A stretch of DNA of 64,000 bases, from the NCBI GenBank assembly GCA_017435255.1, contig JAFSFI010000001.1:40055-104054 (forward strand), written 5' to 3'. The notes under the pieces were generated by a model. It saw nothing but the letters and a program-made list of their open reading frames with translations. It made no database searches and had not been told where the DNA came from. The translations under genes and the position numbers were made by a program. The stretch is from Bacilli bacterium. GTDB taxonomy: Bacteria > Bacillota_I > Bacilli_A > RF39 > UBA660. Positions 30,214-38,336 of this stretch are shown here, in pieces; position 1 is the first letter of the stretch, and each line of letters opens with the position of its first letter.

Positions 30214-32442
30214 ATGCCAACAATAGATCTTCCTGCAATTGGGGGAATACTAGCCGATTTAGCATTAAGTATATTAACATATGCTGGTATAGCTGCCATT
30301 CTATATTCTATAGGTGGTATATTAATAAGGACTGTAAGTTGGACCTTTGATACGTTATTGGTTAGTTTTATTGGAAAATTTTACAGTTACTTTGAAACTA
30401 TTATAAATGGAACTTTATTAACCGACAAAGCTGTATCAGATATGATGAACAGAGTATATTTACTAGTAGGAGTTTTTGTAGTATTTAGGTTAGGAGTGTT
30501 ACTTATAAGCTATATAATAAATCCCAGCGAAGTAATGGATGAAAAAGTAGGAGTCAGTGCTCTTGTAAAACGAATTATAATAGGTCTTATACTGATAATA
30601 TTTATGCCTACTATATTTAAATATGCTTTTAGGTTACAGGATGCTATTTTGGACGATCAAGTTATAGAACGGGTTATAATGTCGGATGATGAAATGAAAA
30701 AAGCAGACGAATATAAAAAGAAACATGGTATGGGTAAAATTATAGGAATGACTGTTTTTCAGGGATTTTTCAGTTTATCAGAAAGCGCCAAGTCAAATGG
30801 CAGTGTAAAGAAAAATTATGAGAAGGCTACCGACATTGATAAAACATATGACTTGACAGTTATTAATTCTTTAGGAAGTGGACTAAATTCGGGGATACTT
30901 CATGAAGTTGGTGACGAGTATGCTCACGATTATTTTCCAATATTTTCTTGTGCGGTTCTAATATATGTTTTATATATGTTAGTTCAATATTGTCTAGATG
31001 CAGTTGTTAGAAGTTTAAAACTATCGGTATTACAAGTTATTGCGCCAATATGTATTGTAGAATATATGATCAACAATGATAGAAACGAGGTATTTAAAAG
31101 TTGGAGAAAGGCTGTAATTTCAACTTTTGCAATGCTACTTATGAGGGTAGCATCTATTTGGTTTGTAGCATATGTAACGATGCTAATGCAACCTGGAATG
31201 ATTGATAGTTCTAGTTTACTACAAACTAGTGATAACCTTTTAAAAGCTATAATAGTGCTTGGTTTATTAGCGTTTATGATGGATTTTCCAAAAATGATGT
31301 CTGATATTTTTGGTTTAGATTTAGATCAAAGTGGATCAGTAAAAGGTGTTCTTGGTAAAGCAATGGGAGTTGCTACTGCTGGTTTAGCGATAGGTGGCGC
31401 TGCTGCTGGTTTTGGACTTAAGGCTGCCGGCGGCTTAAAAAATACTGCAAAAGGAGGCATAAGTGCTTTAGCTAATAAATCCGCTGACAAATTTAAAAAC
31501 TTTGCTGACGCTAATGCTAAAAGAGCAGCTACGGCTAAGGCTAATGGTATGAGTCGTTTTGGTAATAGATTGCAAGACCTTTCCGATAAACAAGCGAAAA
31601 AAGCTGATAGAAGAGCTTCGTTTGCAGCTGGTCTTAATAACCCTGGTAAGACAGCTTTAGCACAGGCAGGGGCTTTAGGCGCATTTGGAATAGCTGGTGC
31701 TAACGCGCTTAGCCAAACTGCTAGAGAAGGTGGAAGTGTTAGAGCTAATTATAAGATGAATAGGTCGGCACTTGACAGAGCAGTTCAAAAAGCAGGAAGT
31801 GGTAAAGTTGGAAAAACTATGGCAGAACTTGGTGTAGAATTTGTTGCAAGCGCTAAAGCAAGCAATTTAGGAACTATCTTAAAATCTGGTGGATTAGCAA
31901 TGGGTGCAGCTGTATTAGCTTCTAATGCAGTAACTAAGTCTGCTCAAAGCGGATATCAACAAACTTCCGGTGCTGTTGATTCAAAAGTTTCCGGTAAAGA
32001 ACAAAAAGAAAGAGAACAAGCTTATCGAGAAAAAACAATCTCTGTTATGGAAAATATTGATGTTACTACACAAGCATCCTATGGTCAACAGACTGCGGCT
32101 AACCATAAATTAGATAGTATTGTTGATAATACAGAAGTTACAGCCACACAAACAGTTAATATTGATCAAAAGATAGGAAAAATTAGTGGGGATGTATCAT
32201 CTATATCTGATACAACAAATACAATATCACAAAACGTAAATACAGTTGTTGAACAAAATGCTACTATCAGTCATACTCTTAATCAAATAGAAGATAATAC
32301 ATTTCATACAGATGTAGAATCTGTTGAAAATAATGATACTATAGGTGGAGTAGCTGTTAGCGAGCCAGATTCTAACACAGGAGAAAGGACAACAAAATCA
32401 GGATTAATAATACCAGGAAGTATAGATGTTGATAATTATTAG
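30214..32442 (+). CDS. VirB6/TrbL-like polytopic membrane protein with Gly/Ala-rich and coiled-coil tail (copy 1)
   Basis: Multiple TMs; VRSLKLSVLQVIAPICI..VFKSWRK..FAMLLMRV; LLAFMMDFPKMMSDIFG; Gly/Ala-rich segment; polar heptad tail. Confidence 0.7.
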   Translation: MPTIDLPAIGGILADLALSILTYAGIAAILYSIGGILIRTVSWTFDTLLVSFIGKFYSYFETIINGTLLTDKAVSDMMNRVYLLVGVFVVFRLGVLLISYIINPSEVMDEKVGVSALVKRIIIGLILIIFMPTIFKYAFRLQDAILDDQVIERVIMSDDEMKKADEYKKKHGMGKIIGMTVFQGFFSLSESAKSNGSVKKNYEKATDIDKTYDLTVINSLGSGLNSGILHEVGDEYAHDYFPIFSCAVLIYVLYMLVQYCLDAVVRSLKLSVLQVIAPICIVEYMINNDRNEVFKSWRKAVISTFAMLLMRVASIWFVAYVTMLMQPGMIDSSSLLQTSDNLLKAIIVLGLLAFMMDFPKMMSDIFGLDLDQSGSVKGVLGKAMGVATAGLAIGGAAAGFGLKAAGGLKNTAKGGISALANKSADKFKNFADANAKRAATAKANGMSRFGNRLQDLSDKQAKKADRRASFAAGLNNPGKTALAQAGALGAFGIAGANALSQTAREGGSVRANYKMNRSALDRAVQKAGSGKVGKTMAELGVEFVASAKASNLGTILKSGGLAMGAAVLASNAVTKSAQSGYQQTSGAVDSKVSGKEQKEREQAYREKTISVMENIDVTTQASYGQQTAANHKLDSIVDNTEVTATQTVNIDQKIGKISGDVSSISDTTNTISQNVNTVVEQNATISHTLNQIEDNTFHTDVESVENNDTIGGVAVSEPDSNTGERTTKSGLIIPGSIDVDNY

Positions 32443-32453
32443 AGTATTAATAC

Positions 32454-32492
32454 AAAAAAGAAGAATTTACATTATATAATTCTTCTTTTTTT
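32454..32492 (+). terminator. Terminator after VirB6-like copy 1
   Basis: AAAAAAGAAGAATT-N10-AATTCTTCTTTTTT; same arms as 38266..38301. Confidence 0.85.
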
Positions 32493-32691
32493 ATGGATTA
32501 ATTAATGGGTGTATGATACCATAATTACGATCGATAATAGATGCTGACTCTAGATTTTATTAACTAATTAAAATTGATTGTGGTTTATATTTATATTGTC
32601 TTTGTAAGTGATAATTGACTATTAAAAACAAAAAAGCATATACATTGTTTTTTCTTATTTATATTGAATAATTTATTGTAAGTGTGATAAG

Positions 32692-33613
32692 ATGAAAGAA
32701 AGTGATAGTATGGAAGAACTTTTAATAGAAATAGAACAATTAAAATTATTGTTATCAAGTATAGATAAAATAGACAAGCCAATTGCTTCTTCTTCGAGCG
32801 AACAAGAAAAGTTTGAATTGGAAAATAAAAAACAGGAATGTTTATTGCAAATAGGAGAGTTAGGTTTGCAAAGAAAAATCAAAAATGGGGAAATAACAGA
32901 AGAGGTGATACAGGCTTCTGCAACTTTAGCCTCAAAACGAATGTTGTTAAAAAAGGAGCTGAAAAAGAAGAAAATAGATATAACCTATCTTCAGAATTTG
33001 TTGTTTCTAATAAAACAGATGAAAAAATTGGTATTAAATATATGAATATGTCTGAAAAGATAAGAACAATATACGAACATACTGGAGAAATAGTTTCATG
33101 CCAAGATCCAGTTGTTTTAAATTATAAAAACAATTCTTGTGCGGCTTTTGTTCAATATCTAGTATCTTCGAGGGTTAAAAATGAAATGATAAAAAGGTTG
33201 GGCCCTGATTGGAAACAAAAAATAGAACAATTATACATGCGAGGATATGATAATTATATTAACGGTTATATAGAAAATATAGTTGAATCAGTAGATAATA
33301 AATATAAAAAAATAATAATGCTCAGCGTGATACTACTGCAACACAGCCATTATCAAAAGAGGAAATACTTGTACATGAAAACAAAGGTTTAAGAAAAGCA
33401 CTAATAGTGGCGAATGAAGAAATAAATAGATTAAAAGTACAAAACAGGGAATTGCAAGCAGAAAATACAATATTAAGGTCTGATATTGTTAAAATGCAAC
33501 ATGAACATAAAGCGGATATGGAAAGTTTAAGAAATAATGTGGTTGCCATAAACAATCAACAAAGTGTAGGTTTAGAAGTAGATGCTCAAGGAGTTTATCA
33601 TTCAAAAAAATAA
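32692..33613 (+). pseudogene. Single ~307-aa orphan coiled-coil gene interrupted by two -1 frameshifts (ORF track shows three pieces)
   Basis: Codon usage switches frame near 32934-32955 (A4 run and A AAA AAG) and at the A7 run 33306-33312. Adding one A at each gives a continuous ORF ending GVYHSKK. Confidence 0.65.
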
Positions 33614-33768
33614 TACTTTCCTGTCAAATACTGAACTTTTACGAGGAATTATCAAATTCTTCTTTTTATATTGAAAAAAAACATATATATGATAAAATTA
33701 AAATAGATGATAGTAGAGGGTATTTTTTTGTGTTCTACTTAAAATTATTTAAGATAGTTGGTGATGAA

Positions 33769-34740
33769 ATGGGAAAAAAAGAAGAACAAACATTAAATGA
33801 AGTTAATGAGCAACATAACGAATTAAAATCTAGAATAGATTCTTTATATGGACTTAGTGATACACCTGTAAAGAAGCATACTGAATTATCGGAGGAAGAA
33901 AAACGACAAATTAGAAAAAAAATGGTCCTTTTAATTTGGTTTTGTATATTTATGGGGGGATTAATGATATTCAATACAATTTATCCAATAAATAATTTTT
34001 TTGAAAAAAAAGAAGTTGTTAAAGTGGAAGAACAAGAAAAATTACCTAGTTTACCATCGGGTGATGTCCCATTAGATAATGAAGAAATTCAAACAATGAT
34101 CGAAATGTTCAATTTTGATATAAATAATCCCTTATATGAAACAAACGTTGCTAAACTGTTTAATGGTAAGCAAGAAGTAGAAGATATGGATTTTGAATTA
34201 CAAATGTTTTTATTAACATCTAATGATAAATTTAATAAATATATAGCAGAAAAAACAACAATTGATGATTATTATACCAATGAAAATGACGTAGAGGTCT
34301 CTATTACTACTGAACAATTGAATAGTATTGTTAAAGAAATTTTTGGTGAGGAAATAGCAATTGATTATCAAAATTTTAAATATTATTATAACTATGGTGA
34401 AGATAATATTGTTTATTTTGATGCTATGTTAGATGAGTCAGCCGGCATCTATACATTTACACCTATAGAGCAGCCTATAAAAACAAAAACAGAGATGCAT
34501 TTAGAGGTTTTTTCTGCTAACAATTTAGCTGATACTATATATATAAACTATTATGTTATATATACAAACGAAAAAGGTATTTATGGTGATGCTATGACAA
34601 ATAATCTTTTAAGTAATGATACAACCAAAATAAATGATATCATTACATATGGTGCGAGAGTGGAAATGATGTTTAAAAGAGTAGTAGAACAAAAAAATAA
34701 TTTAATAAAATATTATTTAATATCTACTAATCGATACTAG
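33769..34740 (+). CDS. Membrane-anchored hypothetical protein, first gene of module copy 2
   Basis: RBS GGTGA before ATG 33769; cytoplasmic N-terminus, one TM, ectodomain; 12 nt from the pilin-like gene. Confidence 0.8.
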   Translation: MGKKEEQTLNEVNEQHNELKSRIDSLYGLSDTPVKKHTELSEEEKRQIRKKMVLLIWFCIFMGGLMIFNTIYPINNFFEKKEVVKVEEQEKLPSLPSGDVPLDNEEIQTMIEMFNFDINNPLYETNVAKLFNGKQEVEDMDFELQMFLLTSNDKFNKYIAEKTTIDDYYTNENDVEVSITTEQLNSIVKEIFGEEIAIDYQNFKYYYNYGEDNIVYFDAMLDESAGIYTFTPIEQPIKTKTEMHLEVFSANNLADTIYINYYVIYTNEKGIYGDAMTNNLLSNDTTKINDIITYGARVEMMFKRVVEQKNNLIKYYLISTNRY

Positions 34741-34752
34741 GAGGAAAATATT

Positions 34753-36039
34753 ATGAAAAAATATGCAATTCTAATTTTAACAGTACTAATTTGTTTATCG
34801 TTTGATGTGGTGACTGCTGAAGAAGGAACACTAAAACCAGAAGAAATATTAGTAACGTGTGTTTATGAAAATGGTTTTCAATTAGAAGCATTTTATTCAG
34901 AGGGTGCATATGGTATATTTGGTAGTTCAATTAAAGTTAGCAACATGATTGAGGCTCCTACAGCTAGTGGTATTAAAATATTTTATAATGAGGGCAATTA
35001 TGCAAAAAAAATTGTTGATTCTGCACAATGCCCGGACAAGCTTAATGGTGGAATAATGATTCAGGGGGCTGAGGATGTGGAGACAACGGCTACAGCAAGT
35101 CTATATTTTCATGCTGATGATAAAAGTAAGGTTAGTTGCGGAGTAACGACCGGTTGGGCAAATGGATTGCAATATTGCAGTGATAATAGCTCTGATTTCG
35201 ATCATAATTTTTTTAATAAGACAAAAATTAGCCAAGGATTTGAGCCTAAATACGGTTATTGGTACACGAATACCGTTCAAGTGGGCTCAGCGTTAGAGAA
35301 AAAGTGTATTTCTGGTGGTAGTGGCTGGTGTAACTTTTTTTCGTTTAATTTGTTAAATGAACGTGTTGAAATTGCTACTGAAACAAAGCCATTAGGGCAA
35401 TGGGCATTTAAGAGTGAAGGTGATCAGGCCGCAAGTAAGGCAATGTATGCAAGGTTATATAAATATAAATTACCTAATGGTGATAATAGGTTTTTTATTG
35501 AAAAGGATAATATTATGACCAGTGTGCCGACGATAAAGGAAGAACCTGATAAAACAGGAACAAAAACAAATTGGTTATGTTTAAAAGCTTCGTCAAAAAG
35601 TATAAATGAATCAAGTTTTTATTATTCTGAAATTAGGCACAGAGGTGGAATTGGCAGTGGTCCTGTTGGCAAAACTCCTACTTGTAAACAAGATTCGTTT
35701 ACCTTATATAAAGAGGTTGATTGGGATGAAGCGGCAGCAACCGGGGGAACTATGACTTCTATTTGTGATATCATACCAGAGACTTCATTAATTTTGGCCG
35801 AATTTACACAGTGGGCTAGAATAATTGTTCCAGCGTTTTTAATCATTTTAACCGGCTTTGATATATCTAAAATTGTAATAAACGGAAATTTAGAAGAAGA
35901 ATTACCAAAGAGAAGAAAACATATAATAATTAGGGCTGTAATAGCATTGATTTTCTTCTTCTTACCATTATTTGTTCAAGCTATTATAGGAGCAACTCAG
36001 GGTGTAGATTTTGGTGATGTTTCATGCATTTGGAATTAG
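34753..36039 (+). CDS. Secreted Cys-rich protein with C-terminal VirB2/TrbC-like pilin domain (copy 2)
   Basis: Paralog of 28770..30185: CVYENG, QCP, YARLYK, CLKAS, ICDIIP, GNLEEELPKRRK..IIR..FFFLP, VSCIW. Confidence 0.7.
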   Translation: MKKYAILILTVLICLSFDVVTAEEGTLKPEEILVTCVYENGFQLEAFYSEGAYGIFGSSIKVSNMIEAPTASGIKIFYNEGNYAKKIVDSAQCPDKLNGGIMIQGAEDVETTATASLYFHADDKSKVSCGVTTGWANGLQYCSDNSSDFDHNFFNKTKISQGFEPKYGYWYTNTVQVGSALEKKCISGGSGWCNFFSFNLLNERVEIATETKPLGQWAFKSEGDQAASKAMYARLYKYKLPNGDNRFFIEKDNIMTSVPTIKEEPDKTGTKTNWLCLKASSKSINESSFYYSEIRHRGGIGSGPVGKTPTCKQDSFTLYKEVDWDEAAATGGTMTSICDIIPETSLILAEFTQWARIIVPAFLIILTGFDISKIVINGNLEEELPKRRKHIIIRAVIALIFFFLPLFVQAIIGATQGVDFGDVSCIWN

Positions 36040-36056
36040 AGAGAAGGTGACTATTG

Positions 36057-38261
36057 ATGTTATTTATGTTTCCTGTTATTGACCTTACTACTATTGGGAC
36101 AATAATTGAACTGGTTATTCAAATAGGACAAACAGCTGTAGAAATAGGCATCTTGCACTATTTGGTTTTTGAAAAAGGATGGCTTGACTTGATTCGTTTA
36201 ATATCGTTTTGGCTAGACACCCTTGTAATTAAATATATTGATAAATTTTATTCCTATTTTGATAAAATTTTGAATGGTAAAATTTTTGCACCAGATGTTA
36301 TAGAACGCGTTATGAATAGCGTGTATTTGTTCGTATCTGTAATAGTATTATTTAAGTTAATAATGTTATTAATCAAATATGTTGCTAACCCAGAAATGGT
36401 GTCTGATGAAAAAGGTGGCGGTGGAGCCTTAGTAAAAAGAATAGTAATAGGAATGAGCTTAATGCTCTTTCTTAACACCATTTTTGATTATGGATATAAA
36501 TTACAATCGGCTATTTTAAATGATAATATATTTGGTAAGGTTTTACTTACAAAAGGACAACTAAGTTCTTATGAAAAAAACAAAGATCAAATGGGGAGAT
36601 TATTGGGTTTTAATATTTATCAAGCATTTTGGAATCTTGATACAAATCAGATTACCAAAAAATCTATAATTAATAGATATAATAATGCGATTAGTATAAA
36701 GGATCCAACCGCTTTTGGTGATATCAATGAAAAATATGGAAATGATTACGCAATCGATTATTTTCCTATTTTATCTACTGTAATGTTATTTTATGTATTA
36801 TATTTGATAATAAAATATTGTATAGACATAGTCGTCCGAATGTTTAAATTATTTGTGTTACAAATGTTAGGGCCAATTGCCATAGCAGACTATATGGTAG
36901 ATGGTGATAAAGAGGGAATGTTTAAAGCTTGGACTAAAACCACGATTGCGGCATATGCAATGTTATTTATGAGAGTATTTTGTATATGGTTTGTAGCTTT
37001 TATAACAACCCTTATGAATCAAAAGTGTACGAAGACTGTAAATGGTGTTTGTACGGATAGTTTATTGTATATTACGACGGATTCTGCTGGGAATGCCACC
37101 CCTGACTATTTATTAAGAGCCTTGATTACGTTAGGCCTTTTAGCTTTCTTAATGGATTTACCTAAATTATTATCTGAATTGTTTGGGCTTGATTTAGAAC
37201 AAGATGCATCTGTTAAAGGATTGATGGGGAAAGTCGGTGGAGCTGCAAAAATGGTTGGAATGGGAGCTCTTGCTGCGGGTGGAGCTGCTGTAGGTGGAGC
37301 TCTTGGTAGTATGAAAGCTGGGACTAGTGCGTTGAAACAGTTCGGTCAAAATAAAGCTCAAACTAAGGCAAAATTAGCTAAATTAGATCCTAGCGATCCT
37401 AATTACGCACAAAAATCAAAGGCTATAAAACAACAGTCTAGATTACATAACGCGACATTAGCGTCTAATACTCTTGGTACTGCAGGAGGTTTTGCTTCAG
37501 GTGTTATGGCTGCAGCGTTATCTTCAACCCCTCTTAATAGTGCTGTTGGAAGCTCTAGCAATGCATCTAGTTCTGTTCAAAACAGATCTAATGAGTATGG
37601 CAACAACACTGCTGTTGCATTAAAAGTTAAAGAAGATAAGTTGGCAGATATTAAGTCAGAAGAGGAAAAAGCAAAAGCAGAAAAAGCGGAAGCTGATACT
37701 GCTCAATATCGTCAACATCAAATGGCAACATCCGCAGCTTCTTATGGACAACAAGTGGCAACTAATAAACGATTGAGTCAAATTTCAGAAAATACAGAAG
37801 TTACTGCAACTCAAACAGTTAATATGAATCAACAATTAGGAACAGTAAGTGGAAATATTGAAGCAATCGCGCAAAATACGGAAACAACCGCGCAACAAAT
37901 TGTAAATGTAGATCAAAAATTAGGAACAGTAAGTGGAAATATTGAAGCAATCGCGCAAAATACGGAAACAACCGCGCAACAAATTGTAAATGTAGATCAA
38001 AAATTAGGAAAGATTGACGATAATGTTGGTCAAATTAAAACTAATACTAATATGATTGCGGAAGACACAATTCAACAAACAATCAACGTGGAACAACAGC
38101 TAGGTGAAATTAGTAGTAATGTTGGAAAGGTTGCAGCTAACACGGATATGATAGCAGAAGACACAATTCAACAAACACTTAATGTTGAACAGTTAGTTGA
38201 AACAACAACTGGTGGTGAGGTACCTTCTACAAATGATAATAAATCTATATTAGATGAATAA
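36057..38261 (+). CDS. VirB6/TrbL-like membrane protein with expanded repeat tail (copy 2)
   Basis: Paralog of 30214..32442: VRMFKLFVLQMLGPIAI..MFKAWTK..YAMLFMRV; LLAFLMDLPKLLSELFG; shared ASYGQQ..NTEVTATQTVN. Confidence 0.7.
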   Translation: MLFMFPVIDLTTIGTIIELVIQIGQTAVEIGILHYLVFEKGWLDLIRLISFWLDTLVIKYIDKFYSYFDKILNGKIFAPDVIERVMNSVYLFVSVIVLFKLIMLLIKYVANPEMVSDEKGGGGALVKRIVIGMSLMLFLNTIFDYGYKLQSAILNDNIFGKVLLTKGQLSSYEKNKDQMGRLLGFNIYQAFWNLDTNQITKKSIINRYNNAISIKDPTAFGDINEKYGNDYAIDYFPILSTVMLFYVLYLIIKYCIDIVVRMFKLFVLQMLGPIAIADYMVDGDKEGMFKAWTKTTIAAYAMLFMRVFCIWFVAFITTLMNQKCTKTVNGVCTDSLLYITTDSAGNATPDYLLRALITLGLLAFLMDLPKLLSELFGLDLEQDASVKGLMGKVGGAAKMVGMGALAAGGAAVGGALGSMKAGTSALKQFGQNKAQTKAKLAKLDPSDPNYAQKSKAIKQQSRLHNATLASNTLGTAGGFASGVMAAALSSTPLNSAVGSSSNASSSVQNRSNEYGNNTAVALKVKEDKLADIKSEEEKAKAEKAEADTAQYRQHQMATSAASYGQQVATNKRLSQISENTEVTATQTVNMNQQLGTVSGNIEAIAQNTETTAQQIVNVDQKLGTVSGNIEAIAQNTETTAQQIVNVDQKLGKIDDNVGQIKTNTNMIAEDTIQQTINVEQQLGEISSNVGKVAANTDMIAEDTIQQTLNVEQLVETTTGGEVPSTNDNKSILDE
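37834..38010 (+). repeat. Exact 84-bp coding tandem repeat (2.1 copies), followed by degenerate 96-bp units to ~38192
   Basis: AATTAGGAA starts at 37834, 37918 and 38002; encodes LGTVSGNIEAIAQNTETTAQQIVNVDQK twice. MIAEDTIQQT recurs at 38052 and 38148. Confidence 0.95.
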
Positions 38262-38265
38262 TTGT

Positions 38266-38301
38266 AAAGAAGAATTATGTAATGATAATTCTTCTTTTTT
38301 T
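38266..38301 (+). terminator. Terminator after VirB6-like copy 2
   Basis: AAAGAAGAATTAT-N6-ATAATTCTTCTTTTTTT. Confidence 0.85.
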
Positions 38302-38336
38302 AGGTATGAAATGTTATAATATTTATAGGTGATATA

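Noticed and set aside
32838-33392. 184-aa ORF as a stand-alone gene
   Set aside because: Its first ~33 and last ~27 codons have off-frame codon usage; it is better explained as the middle of the frameshifted 32692..33613 gene.
37834-38010. CRISPR array or DGR repeat
   Set aside because: Repeats are contiguous 84-bp in-frame coding units with no spacers; no cas or reverse transcriptase genes are present.
28194-38301. Integrative conjugative element or prophage
   Set aside because: No integrase, relaxase, VirB4/VirD4, phage structural genes or att-like flanking repeats were found in the window.
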